A DNA stretch of 64,000 nucleotides, taken from positions 106,144,001-106,208,000 of the forward strand of contig OX597823.1 in NCBI GenBank assembly GCA_951406725.2, in the 5' to 3' direction. Under the pieces are notes generated by a model that saw only the letters and a program-made list of their open reading frames with translations, did not search any database and was not told the DNA's origin. The position numbers and the translations under genes are program-made. This document shows positions 1-13,472 of this stretch, one piece after another; the stretch's first letter is position 1, and each line of letters opens with the position of its first letter. The stretch is from Octopus vulgaris (lineage: Eukaryota).

Positions 1-154
1 CACACACACACAGAAACACGCACACACACACACACACACACAGAAACACGCATACATACATGCATACATACATACATACATACATACATACATACATGCA
101 TGCATTACATACATGCATTCATTACATACATACATACATACATACATACATTCA

Positions 155-185
<31 letters not shown>

Positions 186-340
186 CATACATACACAACC
201 ATACATACATACATACATACATATATACATACATACATACATACATACACAACCATACATACATACATACATACATACATACATACATACATACATACAT
301 ACATACACAACCATACATACATACTTACATGCATACATAC
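1..340. repeat. (CA)n/(TACA)n microsatellite
   Basis: Direct reading; source of the HTYI-type artefact ORFs. Confidence 0.95.
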
Positions 341-739
341 AGTCAAGCAATTATATGGGACAACAGACATGCATACACAAAAAGAGACATATAACGAACC
401 AAAAAGATGAACAAATCACCAGATCTATTGAAAGTCGGGGCCGGTATAATTCAGAAAGACATCGGGACAGATATAGCGATAGGCTGGTAAACAGATAGAC
501 TGACAGATATACTGATATAGAAACAGATACTCCGAGATCAACTGAATTATTAAGTACACAAACATGGCTATTTGGTCAAGGCAAATACATTCAGTCTCAC
601 AGCTCGGTACCTTGAGTAACTGGCTTCTGTTGCATCACCATGCCGACCAATGCATTGTGGATGCAACTAGAAGACAAGAGTGTGTGGAAGTAAACAATGA
701 GTGAATGAAGAATAAATGATGAGTTAATGGCGAGTTCTA

Positions 740-990
740 GTCCTTGATGCGGCGTGGCAGCTTGTTTGCGACAATGACCCTGAGATCAATAGCTGCGGCG
801 CTCGAACTCCTGATGGAGATTTTAATGCTGGTGAGTTCAAAGGATAGAGTCCAGACTAATACGGAGTACTACTTCTTGGAAATGGGTTTGCGTTGGACCA
901 ACAACCCTAAACTAAAAGAAGAAATCAGAATTGCATACAGAAGCGTCGATGGCAATTCAAAGTCAACAAGATCTGGGAGAAGATAGCCCA
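740..990 (+). pseudogene. Possible highly decayed LINE AP-endonuclease remnant
   Basis: Frameshifted pieces LLM/GDFNA, LEMGLRWTN and YRSVDGNSKS resemble APE motifs of non-LTR ORF2. Confidence 0.3.
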
Positions 991-1214
991 GAATCGAAAA
1001 ACACAGGGAAGAAATATTCTAAGTAAGAATGGCGAGTTGTTAATGAGGTCACGCTGCATGAAAAATGAGTAATTGATGAGAGAATAATGGTGGCTGATTG
1101 ATGTGGGAATGATGGGTGAATGATGAGCGATTCAAGACAGAATGATGAGCGGCTTTACGAGTGAATAATAGGAGAGTGAGAAGGGATTATAAAAATATAA
1201 AATGCTAAAAATAT

Positions 1215-1428
1215 TGGTTTCAAATTTTGGCTCAAGGCCAGCAACTTCGGAAAGGGACTAAGTCGATTACACGAACCCCATTGCTCAACTGGTACTTATT
1301 TTATGGATTACGAAAGGATGAAAAGTTAAGTCAGTCTCGGAGGAATTTCAAATCAGAATCTAACGACGGATGAAATGTCGGTAAGTATGTTGTCCGGTGT
1401 GCTTAAGATTCTCGTAGCACACCGCCTT
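1215..1428 (-). mobile_element. tRNA-derived SINE, family B (decayed)
   Basis: Similar to 29587-29817 and 40692-40923 (agtcgatta...actggtactta...gaaaggatgaaa). Confidence 0.75.
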
Positions 1429-1534
1429 AAAAAAATACTGGAATATTACAAACATAAGAATATATAAAAAATATAAAAATGAAAATGTACAGAAATTATA
1501 TTTTGGATAACAATATATATTTCATCGAAACTTT

Positions 1535-1630
<96 letters not shown>

Positions 1631-1875
1631 AAAGTTTCCATATAAAATCTTTTACTTGTGACAGTGTCACTGGACCGTGGCTATCCTGCGACAGTGCATC
1701 AAATGTTTTAGTCGGACAAATCAACCGCAGACATTTTCATTTTACCTTTGGCACTTATTCTATCGATCAATTTTGCTGAACCAGTAGTTAAGAGGACGTA
1801 GACAAACCAACGTTTGTTGTCATACAGAGGGTGAATGAGAAACGCAAACTCAAAGGCATTCAAATATACTCTCCA

Positions 1876-1892
1876 TAGATAGATAGCTAGAC

Positions 1893-1936
<44 letters not shown>

Positions 1937-1937
1937 G

Positions 1938-1977
<40 letters not shown>
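1876..1977. repeat. (GATA)n microsatellite
   Basis: Direct reading; abuts a Tx1 3' end. Confidence 0.95.
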
Positions 1978-2395
1978 TGTTTCTTTATTAGCCACACAGG
2001 GCTGCACACAGATAGAACAAATTACAAGGTAGAGCTTTTCTTTTGGGTGTAAAAAAAGGGGGTTGGTTTTCGATCAAAAGGGATCGTAAAAGGAAAGAAA
2101 GAGGACAAAAAAGGGGGAGGATTTAAAAAAAGGGGGGAGTTGATCAATAGGGATCGTAATCACAGAAATGTCAATATGAAGTGTAAAGGGGAGGACAGGT
2201 GAGGTTTACCCGTGGAAGGAAAAGCCTATGGAAAAGACCACGGTAACCTCGGTCAATGAAGTCACATGTTATATTTCTTTTTTTTTTTTGCAAATAAGCA
2301 ACTCTCTGTATTAACTTTTACGGTTCATAGAATCATAGTCAAAGTGGCTTCGTCATTCATACGTGCCATCCTTGCTACATTCACCCATCTTTTTT
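1978..2395 (-). mobile_element. Tx1/L1-clade LINE, 5'-truncated copy A (ORF2 C-terminus + 3'UTR)
   Basis: 3' end shared with copies at 2708 and 8787; minus strand near 2330-2395 reads KRWVNVARMARMNDEATLTMIL*. Confidence 0.8.
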
Positions 2396-2618
2396 CTTTT
2401 GAAGGTTTAAAAAAAAAAAAAGGAAGGGGGAGTTTCGATCAAAAGGGATCGTAAAAGGAGAGAAAGAGGACAAAAAAAGGGGGGTTAAAAAAAAAAGGGG
2501 GAGAGGAAAAAAAAAAAAAAAATGATCAATAGGGATCGTTATCACAGAAATGTCAATATGAAGTGTAAAGGGGAGGACAGGTGAGGTTTACCCGTGGAAA
2601 GAAAATCCTACGGAAAAG

Positions 2619-2619
<1 letters not shown>
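2396..2619 (-). mobile_element. Tx1/L1 LINE 3'UTR fragment, copy B
   Basis: Near-duplicate of about 2040-2240 (gggatcgtaaaagg...gtgaggtttacccgtgga); ends in (GATA)n. Confidence 0.75.
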
Positions 2620-2707
<88 letters not shown>

Positions 2708-2708
<1 letters not shown>

Positions 2709-2952
2709 GTTTCTTTATTGGCCACACAGGGCTGCACACAGATGGGACAAGTTACAAGGTAGAGCTTTTCTTTTGTGGAAGAAAAAAGGTGGCGTAGGTT
2801 TTCGATCAAAAGGGATCGTAAAAGGGAAAAAAGAACAAAAAAAAAGAAAAAAAGAAAAAAGGAAAAGAAAAAAAAGAAAAAAAGAAGAAAAAAAAATGGA
2901 AACGAAAAAAAGAAAAAGGGAAAACAAGACAAGAAAACTGAAAAAAGAAGAA
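2708..2952 (-). mobile_element. Tx1/L1 LINE 3' end, copy C
   Basis: Same terminus agtttctttattggccacacagggctgcacacag; (GATA)n on both sides. Confidence 0.8.
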
Positions 2953-3044
<92 letters not shown>

Positions 3045-3045
3045 T

Positions 3046-3126
<81 letters not shown>

Positions 3127-3418
3127 GATAGATGTCCAATACTTTCTGTCTACAAAATTTTCTTCTAAAGTACTGGCTAGAACGGAGCTATAGTAAAGGG
3201 GGAAGAACATATTTAAGGTGTCATTAAATTGGACAGACTGAACCTGAAACCACGTGGTTGAAAAATAAAACTCATAATGACACAGCCATGTTAACGCCTG
3301 TATAAGAAAATCGAGGGCTGTCAGCGGAACTCGAACCTACATCTGTAAACTTGATAGACCTTCTAACCTTCACATCAAAGCATGACATATATACATACAT
3401 ACATAAATACATACGTAC

Positions 3419-3527
<109 letters not shown>

Positions 3528-4661
3528 TATATACATATGAATATACATACATATATATACATATATATGTATATATATATATATGCATATATATATGTAT
3601 ATATATATATATATAAATATATATTCATATAGATATATAATCTGTGTTTTTATGTATGTGTATATATGCGTCTGTGAATACACATAGACTCGTTTAAGTG
3701 GGGTTACAGTCACAGAAGCCGGTTTATATAATGTTCCAATTACTATAAGATTGAAAACTAAAGAGACAAGAAAACAGATGCTACTCGCAATAAAAATCTG
3801 CTAATGATATATTTTGTGATGACATTCAATACCACACTTCATAAAATACCACTTCATATTGCTATATCCAAGTATATAATAACTCGGGGGGATGTCGTGA
3901 CAATATCTCATAACAGAAATGTCAGTCATATCATATATCCCATTTCGTTTTAGGTATGAAAATCAACTTATCTATATGTCGTATGTCCATGGTGTAAAAT
4001 GTCATAGGATATTCTGTGGCATATCCCATGATTGAAACATAACCATAGACATACTTCACACACACACATAAATACACACACACTCATGCACACACGTTTA
4101 AATATAGAATAAAACATATCATTAAACAGTCAACAATAAAATTATAGTGAAGTTTATAGCATTACACAAGCTTAAGACATCTTTGCTGGGATGGTTTGTG
4201 GATAGAGTAGATATATCCACAGTACTTGTCTTGTACTTATTTTATCGACCCTGGAAGGAACAAAGGTAAAGATGGCGCTTACAAGATATGGTCTTAGAAT
4301 GTGAAAGTATATGACCAACAGTCCGGCATTCCAACATTTTCCTCATATCACAATCCATAGAATAAATAACTGGTTTCGTGTTTTGTTTCTTTTTCATTTG
4401 AATTTTCATGCTTTTCCCCCCTTTTTTCCTCCTCTTCACCACTAGAATCACGGTCGGAAGACTCCAGCTCGGTCGGGGGCAATGACATGTTTGCATGTAT
4501 GTATATGCCTGTATTTCTACATGTAGAAGTGAGAGGAATAAGCGGGGACGAGAGAGGGGAGAGAGAGAAAGAAAGAGAGACAGAAAGAGCGAGAGAGAGA
4601 GAGAAAGAGAAAAAAAACCGAGAGAGAATGCTGGGTTGGGATACCACTGAGTGACACTTAC

Positions 4662-5026
4662 TTTATTATAGTCATTGATTTTTCCCACCTCAGTTGCTAT
4701 TTCTGGTAAATTAGATGTTGATGTCGGTGCCACAGCTGTTGCATTCATAGTTTCTGCGGCAGTTACAGGAGTTGTCATCGTGTTCGTGATGTTATTGTTA
4801 CTCCTTTTTTTCTGGCTGCTACTGTTGATATTCCGTTTTTGGACAGTATTGTTGCAGTGGGGAGATTTCTCCGCCTCATTCTCTTCAAAACTAGTAGCGT
4901 TTCGCCATCCTTTAACATTATGCAGGCCAATATCCACCAAAGAACTAGCTCGAGTTTCAGCCACAGTATAGCTGGAATCAGTACATATAAGTTGACATAA
5001 TCCTTTGCGTTGAATATTGTACCACC
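4662..5026 (-). CDS. Candidate internal exon of an unidentified host gene
   Basis: tttcag acceptor and AAA|GTAAGT donor bound a 365-nt non-repetitive open frame: xWYNIQRKGLCQLICTDSSYTVAETRASS...GKINDYNK. Confidence 0.55.
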
Positions 5027-5230
5027 CTGAAATATGCTTATGTATAAATAGGTATACCTTTATAGTGTATCTGTATTTGTGTGTACATACATATATTTGT
5101 ATATATATATAGTTGAAAAGGGGTTAATAATTCACGAAAATCAAAGGTTGTAGTTAAAAAGTAAAGATGGAAACCGCAAGAATGTGTTTAAAGATTCTGT
5201 TAGATTTGTTACGTTAAGTAACTTTTATAA

Positions 5231-5269
5231 AATATTACCAGTTCCGATGTGTCCATCTTACCGAATATT
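5231..5269 (-). ncRNA. Decayed minimal hammerhead-like fold
   Basis: AATAT-TCGGTAA-GATG-GACA-CATC-GGAA-CTGG-TA-ATATT: stems intact, core mutated. Confidence 0.3.
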
Positions 5270-5819
5270 AAGAGTTCCAAATCAAACATAGCGAAATAAG
5301 AACAAAATTGGAAATTTATATATTTATGTATAAAATATATATACGTGTGTGTGTGTGTGTGTTACGGTATATATGTATGTAAGCACGTATGTATGCATGT
5401 GTATACACACACACACATATGTCACATTCACATACATATACAAAGAGATACACAGATGAAGGCACAAACGCGTTCGCTCCGTCTTTCAACATTGAAGCTG
5501 GTGACATCTAATCTGCGGTGTTGTTCACCTATTGACAACTTACTTTCGCTTCCGTTCAAGTGTGAAATTGAAGCATTTCTAAACCGCGCAACAATTCCAG
5601 TCCTTAGTCTGCCATTTGATACGTTCTGGTTCTCTAACTATGCGACTCTGAGAGCCAAAGGTTGTTAGTCTTTCTCCCTCGGCATGTATGCGTCTACATT
5701 TTATCTGTCTATGTCGATTTAGACATATACACATATCTGTGTGTGTGTCTGTGTGTATGTTAGTATATATATATGGATCAAAACAGTTTGAATCAAACTG
5801 TTTATATATACGTGTGTGT

Positions 5820-6269
5820 GTGTGTATGTGCGTGTGTGTGTGTATGTGTGCGTGTGTGTTAGTATCGAACGGTGAGAGTAAGTGGTCAACAACACATTTG
5901 GCAGATATTTATAAAGATTCTTCAGTTGTTGATTATTAGTGCTATTAATTCCGAAATTCTTGAAGTGATCCACTTAAAAATGCAATTAATTGCATCCATT
6001 CTGGAGTCCCATTGAAAATGGAGGCTATCAGCGATGTATTTTAGGAGATTGCTTGAAAAACTTTGGAAATTCGTTTCCATGTGAAATCACCGGTAACACC
6101 GTTAAACCGCAAGCGAAAATGTACAGACACGCACACACATATGCACATATATATACATAAATAGGCTTATATATGTACATATATAAATATGCATAAATAC
6201 GTATATAAGTATGTGTGTATATATATATGTCTCTATCTATATGTATGTATAGATATGTATATATATATG

Positions 6270-6312
<43 letters not shown>

Positions 6313-6422
6313 TATATATATATATACACCATCTACCAAATGTGTTGTTGACCACTTACTCTCACCGTTCGATACTAACACACACGCACACACACACACA
6401 CACATACACACACACACACACA
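5820..6422. repeat. Inverted duplication, arms about 5820-5906 and 6331-6422
   Basis: gttagtatcgaacggtgagagtaagtggtcaacaacacatttgg and its reverse complement. Confidence 0.9.
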
Positions 6423-6751
6423 AATGAACCCACACATACATCCCATACACACGGCACACAATTATACATACACGCGCACAATTATACATACATATATATA
6501 CACACACACGCACGTACAAGCACACACGCACACATACACTAAGTTAAGCACAGTTACTCGCCACACACCCAAACTCTACGCATACACACACGAACACAGA
6601 CATACACACACACTCACTACAAACAAAACACACACACGATACATATACATACACGCACACAAACATACCTCTTTGTTTTGACCTGTGGCTGGACATAAAA
6701 AACACCACTCCTTATTCTTACAAACTGGTCAGCTACTAGCCAGTTGTTCGC

Positions 6752-6803
<52 letters not shown>

Positions 6804-6987
6804 TCATCATTGCACACATACACACACGCGCACACGCAGACCTCCGCGCACGCACACATCCACACACATTCCCCCTCTCACTTTCCTTGTCTTTGATATA
6901 CTACCATACTGTCTTTGAAAATTCTCCTGTCTTTAAAAAACATTATTCTTCCACCTTTCTACTTCCGGTCTTTCAATATGTGACCTC

Positions 6988-8261
6988 GGATCTTTTCATT
7001 TTCAAGGCCTGATTTGTCAGATTTTTCCTACTTAACCAAACAATTTGAAACTTCGTATACTGGTAGAATGTGTCAAAAGAAAACATACTTGTAAACCAGA
7101 ATGAAAACGGAATTATAATTTCTAAGTTTAACGTTGTTTAATAATTAGAATTTTAACCAATGGTATTCGGTCTTTCGACTTCATATTATTTACTCCGTCT
7201 CAATAGACGTAAACGGCTATTTTGCTGACGTAGTTAACATACGTGAAATGTAAACACCCGATTCACATTTTTTTATATATTATTAACTAACTTATATATT
7301 AAACTTATATATTATATAACTAACTTAGTTTTTGTAAATTTTCGTATATTTTTTGTGATTTTTATTCCTTACTTTATTCGTGTAACTTTTATTTCTGTAA
7401 CTTTTTATCTTTGGCAATCTTTCGTTTGTAGTAGACCTTTCCGTGATAACTGAAATTTTTTACTCGGTGTATGTGTATATGTATGTATGCATGTATGTGT
7501 GTGTGTGTATGTATCTATGTATGTGTGTGTGTATGTGTGTGTATGTATGTGTGTGTGTATGTATGTATGGCCGATTCAGTGTTTACATTATTTCGAGTTA
7601 AAACGAAAGATTACCTTTGCTATGTAGAAAATAATGAGGTTGACTCAATGGAATAATGACAGTGATCGAAGATATAGACAAAATTTTTTTGGTAATCTTT
7701 CGTTTTAACTTGAAATAATGTAAACACTGAATCGGCCATACATACATACACACACATGCATACACGTTCATAAACATACACACATACATAGATACATACA
7801 CACACACACACACATACATGCATACATACATATACACATACACCGAGTAAAAAATTTCAGTTATCTCTCTCTTTCACACATTACTTTCTTTGTCTCTTCA
7901 CACACACTAACAGAAGTACTTCACTTACACAACATACTTTCTGTCTCCCACACCCCATCAAACACACACACACACACACATGTACACAAAACACAAACCT
8001 ACGCACAGCTGTCTACGTCACAAAATAGCTTTCTACGTCACACTAAGATAATGCAGTTAATTATTTCAAATGAAAACAAACAATACGATTGGTTAAAATT
8101 CGCAGATTTAATCTACGTTTAAAGTCATAAAATACATTTTTCTCAAATAAACAAGTTAAAACTAGTGTTTTCTTTTGAGACACTCTACCAGTATACGAAG
8201 TTTCAAATTATTTAGTTAACTAGAAAAATCTGACAATCAGGCCTTGAAAATGAAAAGATCC
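6988..8261. mobile_element. Non-autonomous TIR DNA transposon (MITE; MULE- or Merlin-like)
   Basis: About 100-bp TIRs starting GGATCTTTTCATTTTCAAGGCCTGA; 8-bp TSD GTGACCTC at 6980-6987 and 8262-8269. Confidence 0.9.
7445..7865. mobile_element. Nested fold-back element, arms 7445-7615 and 7691-7865
   Basis: gataactgaaattttttactcggtgt...tatggccgattcagtgtttacattatttc...gattacc mirrored on the other arm. Confidence 0.85.
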
Positions 8262-8331
8262 GTGACCTCGTGAGTACCGCTGGCGATTTTTTTTCTCTGT
8301 CTTCCCTTCTCGGGATCTTTCCTTCTCCTAT

Positions 8332-8366
8332 GTTTCCGACGAAGAGCTCCGCTCGAAACGTTAAAC
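8332..8366 (+). ncRNA. Minimal type I hammerhead ribozyme motif (U4C variant)
   Basis: GTTT-CCGACGA-A-GAGC-TCC-GCTC-GAAA-C-GTT-AAAC; palindromic ACGT in place of stem III. Confidence 0.7.
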
Positions 8367-8474
8367 CCTCCTTCTTCCCTTCTTTCCTGAGCGTCCAATA
8401 ATACTTTATTTGTTCCACGTCCTCGCGTTGTTATGTTTTTTTGTTTTTCTTGTGTTTTCTTGTTTGGATTAACT

Positions 8475-8538
<64 letters not shown>

Positions 8539-8622
8539 AACTTTAAATCTAATAGAGAGAGAGAGAGAGAGAGAAAGTGACAAGTAGAAAGATAGAAATA
8601 AATAAAGAAAGATAGATAGATT

Positions 8623-8682
<60 letters not shown>

Positions 8683-8690
8683 GATTGATT

Positions 8691-8786
<96 letters not shown>

Positions 8787-10142
8787 AGTTTCTTTATTGG
8801 CCACACACGGCTGCACACAGATGGGACAAGTTACAAGGTAGAGCTTTTCTTTTGGGGGATGAAAAAAAGGGGATGGCGTAGGTTTTCGATCAAGAGGGAT
8901 CGTAAAAGGGAAGAAAATAAAAAAAAATAAATAAATAAAAAATAAATAGAATAAACAATAAAAAGAATGAAAGGAAAAAAAAGAAAGGGAAAAGGAACAA
9001 AAGAAAAGAGAAATGAAAAAAGAAGAAAAAAAGGGAAAAAAAGGGGAAGAGGAAAAAAAAGAACGATCAATAGGGATCGTGTATCACAGTGTTATGATAT
9101 ATGGTGTAAAGGGGAAAGCAAGTAAGGTTTATCCGTGGGAAGAAAAGCCTACGAAAAAGACCACGGTAACCTTGGTCAATATTGTTATATGTTACCACAT
9201 TTGTTTGCAAGGGTCTCGATAGATGTCCATTCACGCGAATTACCGAACGGATGCCTCTGTACAAAGCGGCTATCCAGCCGCGGAAGCCAGCCGCTCTGAG
9301 GACCGCCTCCAAGTATCGATGGTCTACCCTATCGAAAGCTTTCGATTGATCCAAATTGATCAGCGCCCACCCATGCCAGGTTCGTTAACTACCCTGTCTA
9401 TGATGTAGCGCATCAGGTAGAGGTTGTCATGGATGGTCCGGCCTGGCACGGCGCATGTTTGCGCCTTGTCGACCAGTTTCTCGATGACAAGCGCTAACCT
9501 CTTGGCTAGCACCTTGGCCAAAATTTTCAAGTCTGCATTAAGCAGAGTGATGGGCCTAAAGTTATCTATTACATTTCCCTTGTTTAGATCTTTCTTCAGC
9601 AGTGTTACGGCTCCTCGGCTCACAAAACCAGGAATGCTCCCGTTTTGCTGCCAGTTGCAGTACACCGCCGCCAAGAGATCTCCAAACAAGTCTGGTATAC
9701 AATTGTAAAGCTCGTAGGGTAGACCATCCAAACCCGGTGATTTGTCCCTCGAGCATTCTGCCATCGCGTCCTGCACTTCCGCCGCCGTGATGGCACCTTC
9801 GCAGCACCCTGCCTTTCTTGTCGAGAGTCGTGGTAGGCTATGTAGGTAGGCACTGAAGTCCACCCTACATTCTTGCCCTCCACTCGTCCCGAACAGTCGG
9901 GAAAAATGCTGCTGAAAGGCCTCACACATTTTACTTGGCTCGAGCAATTCGCGCCCCTGTTCATCTACCAGGGACCGAATGGTGGCTTTGTTGCCCTGTT
10001 GCGCCTCTGCCACCCGGGCCTCTCTCGCAGCTCCAACACCTTCGTTCCTTAGAGCACGCATCCTAGCTCTGACAGCACATCCTTCGTGTTTGGCGTTGAA
10101 GTGTTGGTCGAGGGCCAACCTCGCCGCCAAAACGTCGGATGC
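8787..10142 (-). mobile_element. Tx1/L1-clade LINE copy D, 5'-truncated and internally deleted
   Basis: 3'UTR as in copies A and C, joined at about 9195 to RT-coding sequence; (GATA)n at the 3' end and degenerate GATA units at the 5' end. Confidence 0.9.
9200..10130 (-). pseudogene. L1/Tx1 ORF2 reverse transcriptase fragment (frameshifted)
   Basis: KSPGLDGLPYELY, NFRPITLLNADLKILAKVLAKRL, QTCAVPGRTIHDNL, DQSKAFDRVDHRYL. Confidence 0.92.
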
Positions 10143-10739
10143 GATAGACAGATAGATAAATAGACATAGGCATTTGGTGATATAAACATATACTTTCGGA
10201 AGGTAAAATCAAGCTCACGTACATACAGAGACGATCAGAGGTAGGCGCATGTATATAGAGAGACAATCACATCTCGTACATACTTTCATAAAACGCACCC
10301 AAATATTCACATATACACAGACACTTCTTCCATATTTTCTTCTCTTCGTGCTTTTACACAAGAATATCTATACACTCAACCAACAAATGGATTGGTGGAC
10401 GTTTATAGAATAGGGGACAACATACTCAATACGTAAAATGTGCATGTTTCCTTAGAACCTAAAATTTAATGAATTGTAACACTGACATTTTTTGTATAGT
10501 TAATTGCAACGTTGGCGGCAGAGAGTATTCGCAAATACTTGATATATAAGAAGAAGCCAAAAGATGGCTACGAAATTCGTCGCACATTTCACATACTCAG
10601 TTGCCGTGGGTAGAAACGTCACGTGATTTACAGAAGGGACAGTGTGGGTGTGTCTTACTGTCATGTGTATAAAACACGCATAAAAAAAAAGTAAATAAAG
10701 TTTGAATGAAATTTTATTTTATTTTAAAATAACCACTTG

Positions 10740-10932
10740 AAGGCGGCGAGCTAACAGAATCCTTGGCACGTCGGAAAAAATGCATAGCAGTATTTCGACT
10801 CGCTTCGTTCTGAGTTGAAATTCCACAGAGGTCGACTTTGACTCTCATCCTTACGGGATCGAAAAAATAAGTTGCAGTTGAGCACTGGGTAGATGTACTC
10901 GACTAACCTTTGTACCAAAATTTGAAACCATT
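10740..10932 (+). mobile_element. tRNA-derived SINE, family B
   Basis: aggcggcgagct...gttctgagttgaaattcc...gaggtcgactttg. Confidence 0.8.
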
Positions 10933-10968
10933 ATGTTATCACCATTTCAGTTATATATGTATTACGTA

Positions 10969-10999
<31 letters not shown>

Positions 11000-11439
11000 C
11001 CATCCAGAAATATATTTATTCCGGTTGTAAAATCTACATACGTTCCTGCAGTTGCTTAGCCTCAGATCAGCTTTTATTTAGCATGCCACCATTTTGAAAC
11101 GATATATACGACAGAATTGTGTAATCTGTCCTTTCTTTCAAGCGGAGAGGTTTTGATCTGAGGAAGATTTTGTTGCTATTTCGTGGAAGTGGTATGACGA
11201 TGTAGATGCTTTCACCTCGTCTTGTAACCTGTATCAATTGTTTATGAGAGATATACACACCAGCTATAATGATTTCTTCAGCAAGTAGGAAGACCTTACC
11301 GAGAATTAAATATGCACTGAATTCGTGACTGTTGCAAATATATATATATATACATGCATACATGCATACATACATGCATATATACACACACACACACACA
11401 CACATATATATACATATATACATAGTTAATCATAAGGGA

Positions 11440-11720
11440 CAGTATCAGAGGAAAACATTGGTTGTCAGAGTTATTGAGAAATTCCTCTTTCACCGTATCG
11501 TGGGTAGTGTATCAGATCTTTGTATTTCAAGCAATGAAGAGTTAAACAGTTGTATTGTTTCGGATATATGTAATTGTTGGAAACATAGAGAAACATAATG
11601 TTGGTATTTTTTAATCAAATTTCGCCACAGGGAAATAAAGATCCAAAGAAGGAATCAGAATTCCACTGAGAGTTGCGTAAGTTGATTGGTTTTTGGCAAG
11701 ATCTTTTGATGTATATCGTT
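11440..11720 (-). pseudogene. Possible decayed CR1/L2 ORF2 C-terminus
   Basis: Minus frame QLFNSSLLEIQRSDTLPT resembles the WNSLP..IR motif; weak. Confidence 0.25.
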
Positions 11721-12939
11721 CACATAAGGCTTTGATATACGTCGAATGTATAGTTTAATAGGCTTACCGTAGAGCAATTGACCTGCACCCTAATTTGTGT
11801 TCAAAATAATAGACATGTGGTCTCTGCGTGCTGTAAATAATTCATCAGCATAAACAATAGCTTAAGGATGATGTTATAGGTAATGTGAAGGTTAGCAGAA
11901 TGAATGGCTGTGATTGGTGGATTGTTAAATATGATTAACATAACGTTGGTGACTAAAGTGTGGTGATCTGGAGTCTTGGAAAATATCAGTGATTAAGAAT
12001 TGGTTTGGGTATGAATGGGGATCAGAAGGAGGACTAACGATATAATCTTGTGAATGAGGGATAATATGTTTGTTAAAATAGAGATTAACATGATATTTGT
12101 TGTTAGTAGCCAATATTTTTGTTAAAATGAGACCGACATGATCATTAAAAGAGAGAATACTATAACAGTTACAATGGAAATTAAATAAGATTATTGAAAT
12201 AGTTGCTAACATGATTGTTAATACAGATATCTATATGATTGCTAAAACAGAGATCAACATTATTATTAAAGTAAAGGGTAAAGTAACAGTGACAAATAAA
12301 CGCTAGAATGGTTGTTAAAACAGACATTAACTATGATTGATGCGATTTGCTGCGATTGCTCGAATAATGACTAATACGAAGATAATAATAGTTTGATGTA
12401 ATTTACATATTGGACTATGTAATTATTAGCTAACTTGATGATCGTTAATAATTAATGGATGTTAATAATCTTGTTTGACGATTTAAATAATGTTTTTTTT
12501 TTTTCGATCGGTTAGAATGTCCGTTAGCAAAATGGTTAAATTGATGTCCAGTTTGATGGATAATAACATAGTCGCTAACGTATTTAATGCTAAAGGAATA
12601 CAGTATTTCAATTAAAGATAATCAAATAGTAAGTCTTATGGTTAAGTCTAATGTTTAGCGATTAGTAATAAGATTAATCTGTTGATTACTTGTTATTGCT
12701 GTTGTTTATTTCCAGATCTGCTCTGAAAATGTAGACTTTTTGCCAATTATATAATACCCCTAGTAGCTATCAGTTGACTACTGCAAGCTACTAGAGTACT
12801 ATTAAATTGGTCCAATTCGTATTTCATTCTTCTGAGCGCAACAGAATAAAGTGCCAACCAGGATCTGGAGTTGATGGTATTGACTAATACCATCTCAGAA
12901 TAGATGAAAATGAGCCTAGAATATGTCTTTTATAGTTTA

Positions 12940-13150
12940 TGTTTTACTTGTTTCGGTAATTATGCTGCAGCCATGCTGGGGCACTGCTTTGAAGAATTTT
13001 AGTCAAATGAATCACCACCAGTACACACTCCTTTTAATCCTGGTACTTATTCTGTCGGTATCTTTGCCGAACCGCTAGGTAGCGGAGGCGTAAGCACACC
13101 AATACCGGTGGTCAAGCAATGGTGGGGCATGCGTGCATGAGCACGCACGC

Positions 13151-13201
<51 letters not shown>

Positions 13202-13365
13202 TACACGAACGACAGGCTTCTTTCAGTTTCCGCCTACCAAATCCACTCGTAAGACTTTGGTTGGTCCGAGGCTATAGTAGAAGACATTTACCTAAGGTTC
13301 CACGCAGTGGGCCTGAACCCAGAACCATCTGGTTGGTTAGCAAGCTTCTTATCAGCAACCACGCA
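12940..13365 (-). mobile_element. tRNA-derived SINE, family A
   Basis: Reverse complement of 14945-15340 with internal (CA)n. Confidence 0.85.
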
Positions 13366-13437
13366 TTCACCGAGAAAGGATCATCATCATCATCATCATC
13401 TTTGTTATTGTTGTTGTTGTTGTGGTTGTTATTATTA

Positions 13438-13469
<32 letters not shown>

Positions 13470-13472
<3 letters not shown>

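Larger units (their letters stand above)
6870..8474 (+). mobile_element. Probable Penelope pLTR/3'UTR fragment, split by the MITE at 6988-8261
   Basis: Flanks rejoin across the TSD; hammerhead motif at 8332-8366; ends at (TA)n. Confidence 0.55.

Noticed and set aside
1529-1636. Short inverted repeat gaaacttttaact flanking (TA)n
   Set aside because: Only about 13 bp and AT-rich; insufficient to call an element
11810-11850. CTGATGA on the minus strand (also near 31683-31712)
   Set aside because: No pairing stem II or stem I; chance match
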